Assembly (NCBI GenBank): GCA_951406725.2
Contig: OX597821.1
Span: forward strand, 38,998,001-39,062,000
Direction: 5' to 3'
DNA length: 64,000 nt
Source of the DNA: Octopus vulgaris
Lineage: Eukaryota
Position 1 is the first letter of the stretch. Every line of letters begins with the position of its first letter. Made by a program: the position numbers and the translations under genes. Of this stretch, positions 12,534 to 26,011 are shown in pieces. The notes beneath the pieces are model-generated. The model searched no databases, was not told the origin of the DNA, and worked only from the letters and a program-made list of their open reading frames with translations.

Positions 12534-14417
12534 CTGTTATGACACATAAGAAGCAAGTGTGATTACCTGGCCTGCAAGAAATAATCACCAAATCTCTCTC
12601 AAATCATACTCCTACTATCAAGAGAAAGGGAAAAAAAGAACTCATATAATATAATTGTAAAAGACTGGATGGTCATGGCTGGTAGGCTTTTGATCATATC
12701 ATATGTCTGTTCAATGAAAGCAGTTAAGCTACAGCTAAAAAGTATAAAGTCTCAGCCTTATAAATTTACCCATTACTGTTTTAAATATTCTGAACAAACT
12801 TTTCTGTTATTTCCCTCTAAAATATTGCTCTACTCTTTGTTGTAATACAGTGAAAATGTATTATTTGTTCTCTTATCTCTGGTATTTCATACACTAGTTG
12901 TTGTTGTGCATAGTTCAAAAATATCCATTGATCCTCTTTCTGACCAACAAAGGCACGTTCAGCTATTCCCATTGAATGATATATTATTCAACTGTTCATA
13001 AAAGGCTTCTTTCATTTCCTCATTAGAGCCAAATATCAGTGCATGTTATGCACATGCATAAACACATCTCTGTAAACATACTCTGCTGCAGAAATGCACA
13101 TAGACACGCATCCACAAAAACACACCGATACAGATGCTTAAACACAAATATGCACACACACACAAACACAGATATATTCATATTACAATGCTACATACTC
13201 AGAACATGCATAAAATCCCCGCAGTATTCCCACAACCCACAAACACTCACCCCCATCTACACAGACGCATTTCACAGTATGAAACACTACAATTATTGAA
13301 AAGCATCTTGTAAGTTTCGATTAGAAATGTCTCTTATGAATTTCATCTTATTTTCACAACTCCCAAGCCATAAATCACCAAGAATTTAGAAATTTTCCCT
13401 CTGCAGTATTTTTGCTGATGCTAACAGATCAAACATCATTCTCCTAGGGAACCAAACATAACTTTGTAACTTTGCTCTCCACGCCCATCACAAATGTCTA
13501 TAAATTTCCTACCAAGGCAAATATTGGCATAATGTTCTGTCTTGCATAAATGCTGTAATCGTGCATCATTTGCTACCACTGTACCCTTCTATCCATTGAC
13601 ATACATTGAAGGGTGTCTATTTATACACTTGCATACCATTTCACTTTGGCACACCATTTCTGTCTATTGCAGATTTATCACACACTTTTCAGACAAACTG
13701 CATCATGTAAACTTATAAGATTTATTTCATTTAAAAGCATATGTTGAAATGTAACTTGTACTTGTTTCAAATATTTGCATAATGTATTTGATTAAATAGA
13801 TCTAAATCCTGGGGCCTATTTTATAAACCCCTGGCAGAATATAAAGGAATCCTCTTAAACGTTACAAGACAATCATATCATCTGCTTTATCTTGCTTGAG
13901 TTTATCTCTTTATGATGTTTAACTTATTTTTGCTTGTCTTCAAATAGTGCACCATTGTCTAAATCGGTAAATGCTTTAACATAGTCACATGACCTAATCG
14001 ATACGGTAGAAATCACATTTCACTAATTCCTTGGTGTCTTCAAAATCTTCTCGCACATTTAACTTTGAAATCTTCAGAAAGACAAAATGGCTTCTGCAAG
14101 AATACCAAATGACCGATTCTTTGATCATCACTCTGTGTGCCATTAAGTTTACTTGACCAGAACTGATCAATGCTATTATTCACTGACAATAACAACTACA
14201 ACAACAACAATAATCCATATCTACATGTAAAGATCCCAATATTAATTTATATCGAGATGTTATCTCCATTTATGTAAATTAAAGTAAAATTCACGCAAGA
14301 CCTGAATCAGATAAACTGTGTTATTTCAGCATTTGGAAACTCTGCCTCCATTAAATCCTGATCTCGTTCCAATGTAAGAAATTAGTTTTCTTTATTTGGT
14401 TGACGTAATATAAAGCT

Positions 14418-14982
14418 TCCCACAGACCTAGTGCCCCTAGCAAGCTCTCCGTAGAGTATGTCTTTGGGGATTTTGCCATCTTCCATACGGCTAACATGTC
14501 CAAGCCATCTCATACATCTTTGTGTGAGGAGTGCAAACATGCTTGGTATTCTTGCTTGCTTCAGGACATCTTTGTTGGGGACATGATTCTGCCATTTGAT
14601 GCCAAGGATTTTCCGGAGGCAGGACAGGTGAAAGATATAAGGATGTTTGCAAAAGGGACATGAAGGCCTGCAACATCAATATTAGCAACTGGGAAGCAGT
14701 TGCCAGTAACCGTGGAGATTGGCGACGTACCGTAAAAGAGGGAACACAAAGGCGTAACAGAGAGAGAGAGGAGAAATGGAAAGACAAGGAAAGACATCAA
14801 CAAGAAACTATGACATTACAACCAGCCAGGCAAAGTCTTCGCTACATTTGCAGCACCTGCCAGAGGGAGTGTTTGTCCACAGCCACAGCAGGAGATGTAT
14901 AAGGACATGAAATGTAAAAGCCGGACTAGATTATTTTATGCGCAACTCTATTGTCTCCCGAGACAAAAAGGATGCCAACAAC
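14418..14982 (+). mobile_element. RTE/BovB-like LINE insertion with 5' inversion and 11-bp TSD
   Basis: 14418-14633 reads on minus FHLSCLRKILGIKWQ...RWLGHVSRMEDGKIPKDILYGELARGTRSVG; from 14633 plus reads RYKDVCKRDMK...YICSTCQREC; (CAA)n tail; AATATAAAGCT at 14407-14417 and 14983-14993. Confidence 0.9.
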
Positions 14983-15769
14983 AATATAAAGCTAAAGCAC
15001 AATCTGCTGGAAGTCTGTTTTGTGTGATTGTGTGTTGTGGTGAGGGTGAGGACATCTATGACTAGTCTCTGGAATTATGCCCTTAATTGGACAATAGAAT
15101 ATTTCTAGTGGGATGAGTGAAGCAGGGTACAGCCAAAAATAAACATTTGGAATTAGTTTTATATAAGAGTAAATAAATAGGGGTACTCTGTGAATATATA
15201 GATAATAAAACTTCATCAAAGCTGAAAGTTTGAGTCTAGATCATTTCTGAATTATAGAAATCTATAAGATTTCAATGTTCAGAAGAAAAAGAATCCTACA
15301 GTCTGATTTGGATTTAGGCAATGAAGAGAGCCTTAGTCATTATCTGGTGACATCTTGTCTTATTTATATATAAAATACTACAATTAGCCGTCATTTTTGA
15401 TGGCCCGTGGTCAGCTAGTATTTTTATATAATAATGTGTATGAAGTGGTGTATGTGTACATGTGTGTAGTGCAACATAGTGGTGACTTAGCAGAGTCATT
15501 ACAGCCTTAGATATAATACTTCGTATACTTGTTCCAACTATTGCCACTGTAAGTTCAAATCTTGATGAGGTAAACTTTGTCTTTCATTTTTGAGGGTTAA
15601 TAAATAAACTACCATTTCAGGCCAGCAGATCTGTGGCGCCTGTTGTGGAACTGCGAATTCTGAGCTCAATTTCCACCTTCTGTTACCCAAATCCCATCGA
15701 AAATGACCCTGGTGACACGGGGTGAAACAAAAGATTTTATTTGCAATGGAAAAATTCTAATGGAGATAT

Positions 15770-16031
15770 GGTGGTCTTTTAGTTCATTTTTGGATTTGGT
15801 TTGCAAGATTCTTTATGTGAGTTTGTGTGCTGAAGCATATACTGTTGTGTCTGGGGAGAATCATTCTCTTTTGATGCCTCATTATTTAACACATTCACTG
15901 GTAAAGTTTCCACTCGTTTACTTATTTATTTTTCCTAAAATTTTCATTGCGACTTGCAACCTTTTCAATAGTCACTGGTGAGTGTGTTAAATAATAAGGC
16001 ACTAAAAGAGAATGACTCTCCCCAGACACAA
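15770..16031 (-). mobile_element. Penelope-type inverted insertion with variant hammerhead
   Basis: 15847-15902 is inverted at 15974-16031; the spacer holds a hammerhead-fold motif on minus. Confidence 0.65.
15935..15971 (-). ncRNA. Minimal hammerhead motif, U3-A8 core variant
   Basis: Minus: CTA-TTGAAAA-G-GTTGC aagtc GCAAT-GAAA-AT-TT-TAG; stem I CTA/TAG, stem II GTTGC/GCAAT, palindromic stem III AATT. Confidence 0.55.
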
Positions 16032-18094
16032 TGAGATGTTTTTTTAGGTTTGACCAGCAGAAGAGGCACCATGATAACAACGATGACCACCACTACCACC
16101 TCCATCACCATTGTCACCACCATCCTTCACCAACCCCACCATACAAAATGTGATTATGTCCATTGCTGTGTGGAATTAGTTGCAGTAAATCTACAGGAGA
16201 TAAAAAACAGTTATTAGCAAGGGCATGTTTGAATAATGTGGTGCCTTGTTGAGTGGTAAATTGTTGTGCATGACTAATGAATGATAGACTAAGGAAGACA
16301 GGAAGTAACAAGTCAAATGTAAATATATTTGCCTATACAAATAAAATAAAGCATCAAGTGATATTGTGTGGTAGACTTATCCAACCCACTGCAATAAATA
16401 AGTGTGCGACAGTAATAATTATGATGAGGATGTGTGTGAGCATGTGTTTGTATGTTTGTATGTATGTGTATTTATAATGACATGTTAGGAATGGAAAATA
16501 TATTGCAACCAATATTTATGCCTCAGTTTGTGTATTTATATGTTTATATTATTAAGGGAAATAAATCAGTTTCCATTTGTTATTTTATTTATTTTTGTTT
16601 AATTTATAGTCTCCGATCAGAACTGGTGGGCCAAAATGTTCGTTTTATCTGTCTGAAGAACTCCATTAAGTACATATAAAGACATATTTCCATATTTGTT
16701 TCCGTGAATACAAAAGCTCAAGCCATTTCACCAAAGATAATTCATGAGATGAAGAACGAAAAAATCCTGCTTTGCTCTTTCCAATAGTTTTCAGTTATAA
16801 ATATTTTCAGATAATATATTTGTTTGAAAATAGCAATATTTTACATTGAAAGTTATTACAAATACAATTCATTTTATTTGCTAATCTAAGGTGGAGCAAT
16901 ACTAAATAGTGGTTTTATGCCCTCTAAGATAACAAACTGAAATAAATATAGAAAAAAAGAAAAGTTTCATCTTTTATATGACTTATAGACAAACAACACA
17001 GAAGGCAATGTATACCCTGCCATATTGATAACTTTAAATGGTTTTATGTCACTGAAGGAAGCTAAAACAGTGTAACAACGACAGAGTTTCAATACAGTCA
17101 TTTTTCTCACTCAATTTAGTATAAAAATCTTCGACAATAAACTCGTGCAATTTTTAAAATAGGTTTCATGCTTTCAACTTTATTAGAACATGTTTACAAT
17201 AAAGACTAAATTCTCATTGTTGAAAATCATTGTCAGGATCTTTGGTACCATCTGTGCACAGATAGCAATGGTGCACCATTAATCTCTTTGAACTGGCCTA
17301 ATAACACCAAATTGTTTCTTACCTCAAATATATGGGTCATCATAAGTGAAACTATTTTCTTTACATTTGTGTATCAATGTTGAAAGGTCCTATTTTATAG
17401 AATCAATCACCCATCAGTTCATCCCAATTTTTACAGTTGTCACATTTATTTTCAAGAGAAAATTTTTTAATTTGCTCTATTCTTTCCACTCTCTCTCTCT
17501 CTCTCTTTCTATCTTTGTCTCTCTTTCCTTCTAACTGTCTAATTTTTATCTTAGGATTGTCTGTGTCCTTATTGATCTTTACTATGTGTGTGTAAGTATG
17601 TGTAGATGAGTAGGCTCCATTGCATGACATCTAAGCTAAGTATTTTGGTAAGAAGATACTGATTTCAAGGGTCACACTGTTTAGTATTGCCTCTGAACAA
17701 TTCACTGTTGCAAACACTTTTAAAACATGACAAACATCAGCCAGAATATCTAAGAGCTGTAGTTGGATATCTGAATCTGCTAAGGCTGAGGTTTTTGACC
17801 AGTCTCTTATCCTGGACCATTTTGATCTTCTGAAAATTCTAATGGGCAACATGAGCAGAAAAATCAATGAAGTTAAACCAAAATTTTAACAGAACAAATC
17901 CAGTGAAGCTCAAATAATTCAACCAAATGGAAAACCTTTAAAATAAGCAAATGCATAAATACACAACTGACAAACCATTATGTTTAATACTGTTGGCAAT
18001 TTATTGAACCAAAACAAAATGTAAGAAATCAACATAGAAGGGTTAGGAGGGACAAGTTTTAACAAATATTTAATAGTTAAAAGGTAGGAAAAGG

Positions 18095-18130
18095 TCTTAA
18101 AGTTTTGGACATCAGTCCTTCATCAGAAGA
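18095..18130 (-). ncRNA. Minimal hammerhead motif (decayed)
   Basis: Minus: TCTT-CTGATGA-A-GGAC tgat GTCC-aAAA-Ct-TT-AAGA; stems I and II intact, G12 and G16.2 lost. Confidence 0.55.
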
Positions 18131-18210
18131 AAAGCATAGGATAAGTGAGAAAAAGGAAAAGTGGAGAAGTAACTGGAAAATACATTACTATTTTAATATG
18201 TAGTAAATGG

Positions 18211-18629
18211 TTTACTCTCTTTTACTCTTTTACTTGTTTCAGTCATTTGACTGTGGCCATGCTGGAGCACCGCCTTTAGTCAAGCAAATCGACCCCAGGA
18301 CTTATTCTTTGTAAGCCTAGTACTTATTCTACCCATCTCTTTTTACCGAACCGCTAAGTTACGGGGGCATAAACACACCAGCATCAGTTGTCAAGTGATG
18401 TTGAGGGGGACAAACACAGACACAAAACATATACACACATACGTACATATATATATACATATACATGACGGGCTTCTTTCAGTTTCTGTCTACCAAATCT
18501 ACTCACAAGGCTTTGGTCGGCCCGAGGCTATAGTAGAAGACACTTGCCCAAGGTGCCACGCAGTGGGACTGAACCCGGAACCATGTGGTTTGTAAGCAAG
18601 CTACTTACCACACAGCCACTCCCATGCCT
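18211..18629 (-). mobile_element. tRNA-derived SINE, family B, near full length
   Basis: Head AGTGGCTGTGTGGTAAG...GGTTCAGTCCC, GGCACCTTGGGCAAGTG block, internal (TG)n, (AAAAGAGT)n-like tail; second copy at 20455-20759. Confidence 0.85.
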
Positions 18630-18749
18630 GTTTCTGAATATGTTTAGTTGATTCTCTTTCCTTCATGTTAGGTTGATAGTCTGCTAGAGCACAACATAAA
18701 TCATTTTTAACAATCAAGTCCAGCTTCAGAAACAATGTCATGATGCAAA

Positions 18750-19500
18750 TGGAAGTAGTTTCACAGTACACAATAGCTCTCTGGTATGCAGACCCAAGAA
18801 TTTTGAGAGACAAAAAAAAAAAAAGCAGTTGTGAGGAACTTTCGCCTTAAAATTATTCCTGAATTCCAAAAATTCTTCTTAAACTGGGTCTGAAATTGTA
18901 ATTTTTTTAAATATGACATAGATTGATGATTATCAGAGAATTTTCATGCTCTGAAAAGTTGTCCTGGAACCATTCTACATGCTAAATGATGTATTAGTTT
19001 TTGTTTAGCAATGTCATATTCATGAATAGTTCCTTGTCTAAGAAGCAATGAACACCTTTTCCTTTGAATTATCCTCTTAATCGATGTTTTCACTTGCCAT
19101 TTTGATTCCAGCCTGGCTGGTACATCATCAAAAGAACTCACAAAGTTTTCCCAATGTAGACCATTGGCATTGAGAAACTCAGCAGCACCAGTTTCCATGA
19201 CATCAACAAAGTTGGCTGTGGTCAGAATAAGAAAAACTTTGGCTTCATTAATTACGTTAATTACTTGATTGTTGATGTTCTTTGATAACTCCCTCACCTT
19301 CCTGTAATTGGAAAGAGAGATATCATTCAATTTATCTGTGACATAATCAAGAACAGTTTGTGAAATCTGTTTAGCATATGGTCCATTAAATTGCTCACCA
19401 ATAGCGTGAGGCAATCTCTTGACCTGAGCTCTTTGTTGTATGTAACAGCCTTTGAAGTTTGCACTGCATTGGACATTTGTGTAAAAAAAAGTTCTGGTAG
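18750..19500 (-). pseudogene. hAT (Buster/Charlie, ZBED5/FAM200-like) transposase relic
   Basis: PHAIGE...KLNDISLSN...INEAKVF...FLNANGLHWENF...DDVPARL...IHHLACRMVP resembles Buster motifs KPHTIGE, PLSNNT, TDGAPAM, IHRxxLA; internal deletions and catalytic motifs degraded. Confidence 0.7.
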
Positions 19501-20454
19501 TTTCAAAAAGATATCATTTGAAACTTAACAGACAATTGATACGAACTTTATATCAAATGAACTAAGTTTAAAATATTCATTTTTTTATCTAAATGAAATT
19601 TTCATTTCACAGGTTTTAAAACAGAGCACTCTGCAAAAAATTCATAACACTTTTTTCTTGGGAGGCAGATCCTGATTTAATATATTCCACTGAGTTTTTC
19701 AGTTTGGTCCCATTGCAGCCGTCAGACTTAAAATTCAATTTATTTTCTTTTGCCAAATTTAATTTTAAAATAAAGTTGATGTGACAGCAATTTAAATTAA
19801 TTTTCTCCTCTTCATTGTTGCATTAATCAATGATTAATTAAATTAATTAATGCAATTATTAATATTAATACTCAATAAAATTAGTGTATTTAAATCTCAG
19901 ATATTATAACCACCATAGCATTTGCAATCTTCAACACTGCAATATATTTGCCGAGGGACGAAGCAAACATATGTTCATGAAAAAATGAGGTGTTCATTTG
20001 CTGCCCTCTATGGACTTAAAATTATACACATTTTATCAATTTGCTGGTGGACAACTGAAAATTTAATCATGGCCTCTCAGTTGAGAACCTTTGTGCAAGG
20101 CAATCAACTTTATGAATTGCCTTCTGGATCAGCAACATGCCAGCGCAGATCAAATAACGAATATTTTAATCTGATTACCCACTCAACTAATCACATCACC
20201 AGTGGATCATACAGTGATCCAAGGAAATAGCTTGTGTGCATTAACAACAGACATGAAGAATGCAGCATTCGTATTTCACCTGAGAACCTTAACTCTTGCT
20301 AGGATAATTCTTGTGACTAAGACTTAGACATTGGAAAATAGAAGCTACTGAAAATAATATTAACCTTAGAAAGATGTTAAAGAGTATGTGATGTGTATGT
20401 AATTATTGCGAAAATAATGACAAGATGATTAGAAATTGCCATAGAACGACCTCA

Positions 20455-20759
20455 GAGCTTATTCTATGGAAGCTGAGTACTTATTCTATCAGTCTCCTTT
20501 GCTGAACCGCTAAGTTACAGGAATGTAAACACACCAGCATCGGTTGTCAAGTGATGGTGGGGGGACAAACACACACACACACACACATATATATACATAT
20601 ACGACAGGCTTCTTCCAGTTTCCGTCTATCAAATCCACTCACAAGGCTTTGGTCAGCCTATAGTAGAAGACACTTGCCCAAGGTGCCATGCAGTGTGACT
20701 AAACCCAGGACCTTGTGGTTGGTAAGCTAGCTACTTACCACACAGCCACTCCTGTGCCT
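20455..20759 (-). mobile_element. tRNA-derived SINE, family B (3'-truncated)
   Basis: Clear homology to 18211-18629. Confidence 0.85.
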
Positions 20760-20889
20760 ATATGTTAATTACATATGAAAATTAATTAATGAAAGGGAAA
20801 AGTGACTAATAATGAATGAAAGCATATATGTATTCTGTTTGAATGTTTGAGAAGTCCTATCCATAACTGCAAATACAAGGTCCTAAAAG

Positions 20890-21820
20890 CACTGTTTATG
20901 CTTCTAAGTGCTGGGAACTGACCCCCATACCCATGCAATCTTGTTAAGCATTTCCTCCATCTTGTCTCCCTATCTACCCCTTTCCCATGTGCTGGGCAAT
21001 GTCCACCCACCCATACTGCTGGGCCAAGTACTCTCCACATCTCATCACTCCCACCTACCCCTTTCCCCCAACAACCATCCCTCCCTTACACATATGATTC
21101 CCTAATTCCTTGTGCTATTCATTACTGCCTTTATTCCACCCCCCTCTTGCTTCCATCTTTCATTCTCCTCCCTTCCCTGTTCTTCCATTCTTCCCCTCTC
21201 TTCTTCTGCCATACTTCATTCTTGACAGCTCATGTATCAGCTACCATCCCCTCTGTCTTCTCACATTTGGATTTTATGGCATTGTTTACCACCACCACCA
21301 CCAACAACAACAACAATGCTACCACCACCACCACCAACAACACCACTCCCTATAGCTACTCCTTCTATACCACTTTATCCCCTTCCTCATTGCTCCTATG
21401 TCTTGCTGATCATCTATTCCTTGAACTCTCATTCCCAAGCCACTCTCTCATCTTAACCCACTGCCCCCCCCACACACACACACACTGATATTCACCATCA
21501 CACCACTTCTCCATTCCTATTCCTCACTCATTACATTCACCTCTACCTTCATCTCAATCCTCTCTCAGCTCCCCTCCTCACACTCCTGTAATTGCTTCCA
21601 CCTCCTCATACACTGCCTGTATAATTTCTTACTCCTTGCCGGCTTCACAAGGGCATCTCATCACTACCATCTTAAGTTTTTCTCAGATTCTCTCACCCAC
21701 CCTCATATAAATGCTGGGTGGATATGTATCATCTCTATAGCAAGACAACTCTGCTGATCTCTGGCATAAAAACCTACTCTCCAGCTGCTAAAATACTCTA
21801 CCACCACCACCACCACCACT
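20890..21820. repeat. C/T-rich low-complexity tract with (ACC)/(AAC) repeats
   Basis: Strong G depletion on plus over about 0.9 kb; no credible coding signal. Confidence 0.7.
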
Positions 21821-22009
21821 TAGTTGAGAAGGCCTTTCAATTTTCTTAATCTTTCTTATTTTGCAAGTTACTTGCCAACTCTACAAAAGTCAATGGCACA
21901 AAAATGTACCTGGTACACACTGTAAGTTGGCTGGTGTTAGGAAGAGCATCCAGCCATAGAGACTATACCAAAGCTGAAATGAAATTCCAACCATGTTTCA
22001 CTACTTCAA

Positions 22010-23086
22010 CTGCTCCTTTACAGGATCCAGTGGCATAAGACATCAACAGGAGGAACTACATCTGGATTTGGCCCCTACTCCTCTACTGTTTTCAGTATGG
22101 CGCTCCCTGCCAGGTCTAGTTTTGGCCCACACCCTCTCTAAACCTACCTTCCAACAGTGTCATGAGAGTTTCAGTTCCAGCAGCCAGAGCTGACAAGCTG
22201 TTTGGCAGTACTAACCTTCAAACCAGGAGGAGGGCACTTGGTCCACCTGTCAATTAGCAATGCTGCTTAAGTGTCAGCCAGTCTCACCTAGTAACGCTAT
22301 TTCCCTATTTCCCAGTCGGCATGTTATGGCTTTTGAGCCATTTTGGATCTTTTCGTTTCAGCCATATATAGAAGCTGGCTTTTTCAACTGCCTTCTGTAT
22401 CCTCCTTATTACTTTTGTCAGCTCTGAGTTCGAAAATGCAAACTTTCTTTTAAATAACGTTACGGTTTTCCTTTCAATGAAGCCTCTAGCCCCTGCTGCC
22501 AGGTGGTAATACTTGACAGTCCACCCCTGTTCCCCACACTCTTCGATTAACCTCTCTTTCTGTTGCTCTGCATTAGCGATGTTCTCTTCCCATGGCACTG
22601 TCAGCACTAGCAAAATTCCAATTTTTCATTCTGTATTCCATAGGATGAAGTCTGGTCTTTTTGTTGTTTTTATGACTGAAAATATTAAGTCTTCCCAAAT
22701 ATGCAGCCAGCTCCCAGTATCCCTTCCATTTTTCGTCTCTCTCGTGTACTTTTTTTGAAGGCCTGGTCTTATGCCTTTTCCCCTCCTTCTGGAAGTATGT
22801 TTCTGTGCTTTTCCACTTTTGGGTACTCTCCCCTATTATATCCCTTGATCTTCTCCTTGAGTGCTGCGCTTACGACATCAAGGACATGATTGTAATACCA
22901 TGTATATCTGTCGAGTGCTAGCCTGCAGTTTGACAGAACATGTCTCACTGTCACTTTCTCTCTGCATCTACATTCATCTCTTGTTTGTATGTTCCACTGG
23001 ACTAAATTCGCCGGTGAAGGTAAAACGTCAAAGGTAGACTTGATCAGGAAGGATGTTCTTGCTTGTTCCCAAGCCCAAAGTTCCTT
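22010..23086 (-). mobile_element. HERO-like RLE non-LTR retrotransposon, 3' fragment
   Basis: SFLIKSTFDVLPSPANLVQW, CxC...HVLSNC zinc knuckle, RYTWxxNHVL, RPDFILW, LTVPWEE restriction-like endonuclease motifs; frameshifted. Confidence 0.8.
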
Positions 23087-23976
23087 AACCCATGCCAGCA
23101 TGTAAGATGGGCATTAATACTACTGCTGCGTTTATTTGTGTGTATGTGTTTGTATATGTGTGCTTGTGTAAATGCTTGTGTAAATGCATGTATGCTTTTA
23201 TGTACATATATTTATATATCTATGTATGTGTATATATATATACACCCACACACACACATGTTTAAAAATTTATAAACTAAGAAGATGAAATGAACAGGCT
23301 TCAATCACAAATCACAACAATTGATTTTTGCATTGGTAACAGCTGTTACTTGCTGAGTTTTCCCTACCATTTTATTACATAAATTATTATAGAAATAAAT
23401 ATGATCCAACAGCAGCCATGTACCTGCACATCAAACTATTTGTGTAAGAATATGATATGAAAAATTCATCAACCAACAGCTGTACCAATGCACACACAAA
23501 CAATTATTGTGGTTTGTGATTAAAACCTGTTCATTCCATCTTCTTGTTTTATAAATTTATATTTGAATTTCTGCATACACTAATGTATTTCCACTTGTAT
23601 GTCGAGCAAAAGAAGTAATCCTGCTGTACAATGGCATATGGTGGCCAATAGCAATACAGGAGCTTTGAAATGCACCTTACAAGATTATTGCTCAGTTGAT
23701 ATTAAATAGATTTACATACATACATACATATATATGCGTGTGGGTGGGTGGGTGTATCATCATCATCATCATCATTTAACATCCTTTGTTCATGCTGGCA
23801 TGGATTGGCATACATATATATATACACACACACACAAGTATATATAAACATGTATCTATTTACACACACACATACACACACATGTATCTATCTATCTATC
23901 TATCTAATCAAAAAGGATAATAACATAGATTATTATTACCAGTGGCCTAGCACAAAAGACGAATTAGTCATTAGAC

Positions 23977-24036
23977 AAAATATTATTCATATAGAAAAAT
24001 ATTATTCATATAGAAAAATATTATTCATATAGAAAT
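23977..24036. repeat. Three tandem 19-bp units
   Basis: (AAAATATTATTCATATAGA)x3. Confidence 0.9.
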
Positions 24037-24338
24037 ATAATAAAGGGCTCCCAAATAAGGAGGCCTAGTGCTAGAGACACAAAAAGGGATAAATTCATCG
24101 AGAGTGAAAATCAAAAACATTTACCATTAACGATATATCCCGGACTGATCAGTTTCTACCTCTTTCTAGCAAAACAGACAGAATATGTTTGCCAAGGCAA
24201 ATATATATATATACACACACACACATATATATATATATACATACATACATATATACATACATATATATATATATATATACATACATATATATATATACAT
24301 ACATATATATATATATATACACACACATATATATATAT

Positions 24339-24384
<46 letters not shown>

Positions 24385-24425
24385 TGATTGATACAGAAGA
24401 TGGAGTGTAACTAGAAGCTTTATTA

Positions 24426-24530
24426 GTACAACAATCGTTTTGGCTTCATTTTGCACCGATACCTAATAGGTGTGGGATGTTGTAATGACATCAGATGCAA
24501 CGTACAGTGCAGTAAGCCTCATCAGGTGAC
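24426..24530 (-). ncRNA. Hammerhead-like motif with long stem II (decayed)
   Basis: Minus: AC-CTGATGA-GGCTT.TGCACTG...CGGTGCA...AAGCC-aAAA-CGATTG-TT-GT; near-palindromic stem III; near a long (TA)n tract; stem I weak. Confidence 0.5.
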
Positions 24531-25468
24531 ATAACATGCTTCAAAAGTTAGCAGGTTTACATTTTCTTTCCTCTCCAAATTATATGCTGGTGGTGAGTTG
24601 CTAGCAGTTCAGACACATTTTGGTTAAGTGAGGAATATATGGTCAATAAGAAAATAAAATAATAAAAACACAAGGAATTTAATGTAAATAGGGATGGATG
24701 TGTGTTTATAGTTGTGATCAAGAAGTGGTTACTAAAAAATATATAAATAAAATAAAAGTAAAATATAAAGAATCTAATGTAAATGGAGAGGTGTGTGGAG
24801 GGGGTGTTTATGGCATTGGATTGAACGGCTTTACCTTGTGGAGTCCTTTGATGGCTGGCTCTGGCACTTCAACATGGTCAAGAATTTGGTGGGAGTGTGA
24901 TTCCAGTCTTTTGACCTGGTGGCTGCCTGAACTGACTCATACACACACACAAACAGACATGATCTCACAGATATGTGCGTGCATGCATGCACATGTGCTC
25001 ACCTGCCTCCCACACACATATATATTTCTGTCTTCGTTTATGCTCTTGCTTTGTTTGTTCCATTCTAAACAGAGCAAGAGGATACACAAGGATGGAAAGT
25101 GTCACTGAAGAGGTTACAGATGTGTGACAAAAGATTTTGGGACAATTGACATCAGTTAGAATAAGAAAAGTAACAAACAAGTGAAGAATGAATATATAGT
25201 CCGTATGTTTATTTTGCCATAAAAATGTATGTATATGTGATGAAAGTAAACAAATAAACTTTGTTTTAGAAGCATTGAGATGTATTGAAAGAAAGAGAAA
25301 TAAATTTTTAATTCTCAAATGCGTGATAATGTTAATAAAATAGTGTGAACAGGATAAATTATCCATATATTGCAGAAAAATACGTGACCATGATTTAGCA
25401 GTAAGGTACCAGGTATAAACCATTCATTCTATTATATAAATATGTGTGTGTGTGTGTGTGTGTGTGTT

Positions 25469-25499
<31 letters not shown>

Positions 25500-25502
<3 letters not shown>

Positions 25503-25687
25503 ATTGAAATTTACAGAAAAACAAAAGACGAAGACAGATCTATAAACAACAAGCAGGTGTGTTAGTTTGATGCTTGGGAAGGTGAGAAAGTCTTTTATAT
25601 TTCGAGCCTACACTCTTCAACAAAAAGGAATATGAGGAAATAAACAGAGAGAGAATAAAAAATAGTTGTGGATTTAGTGATCATTCA
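25500..25687 (-). mobile_element. Penelope-like terminal fragment in (TA)n with degenerate hammerhead
   Basis: Flanked by (TA)n; minus CTTT-ttgttga-A-GAGT gtag GCTC-GAAA-TA-TA-AAAG at about 25592-25627. Confidence 0.45.
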
Positions 25688-25719
25688 TATATATATATAT
25701 ATATATATAAATAAAATGT

Positions 25720-25910
25720 TAAAGATCTCTCTTTGGTCATGAATGACCATGGAATTGCACCTAGAAAGTTCCCCTGTGAGGCACAAGTCTGGGCAAAGTT
25801 GTTTATAGAAAGCCAGCAGTCACTCATGTATACCAGCCTCCCCTCTCTATGTCACTGATGTTGTCTGAGGGAAAGGCAAAGGCTGATACAGCTTGGCACC
25901 AGTGATGTCA
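25720..25910 (-). mobile_element. SINE/RTE-related repeat remnant
   Basis: GC-richer block (CCAGCAGTC...CCCCTCTC...GATACAGCTTGGCACCAG) resembling RTE-related SINE bodies; recalled similarity only. Confidence 0.4.
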
Positions 25911-25958
25911 TTCTATCCACTTATCTATGCACCTTCTTATAAATACATACATACATAA

Positions 25959-26011
<53 letters not shown>

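Noticed and set aside
13300-14200. Complex non-repetitive stretch, possible decayed DNA transposon or exon
   Set aside because: No open frame or recognisable motif; needs a homology search.
17631-17867. ORF as hAT dimerisation-domain continuation
   Set aside because: Only vague resemblance; no conserved motif could be aligned.
19922-20230. 102-aa ORF
   Set aside because: Non-ATG start, no recognisable domain or splice evidence.
24138-24172. GAAACTGATCAGTC hammerhead 3' half on minus
   Set aside because: The CTGANGA half is absent, so it is counted only as a truncated remnant.
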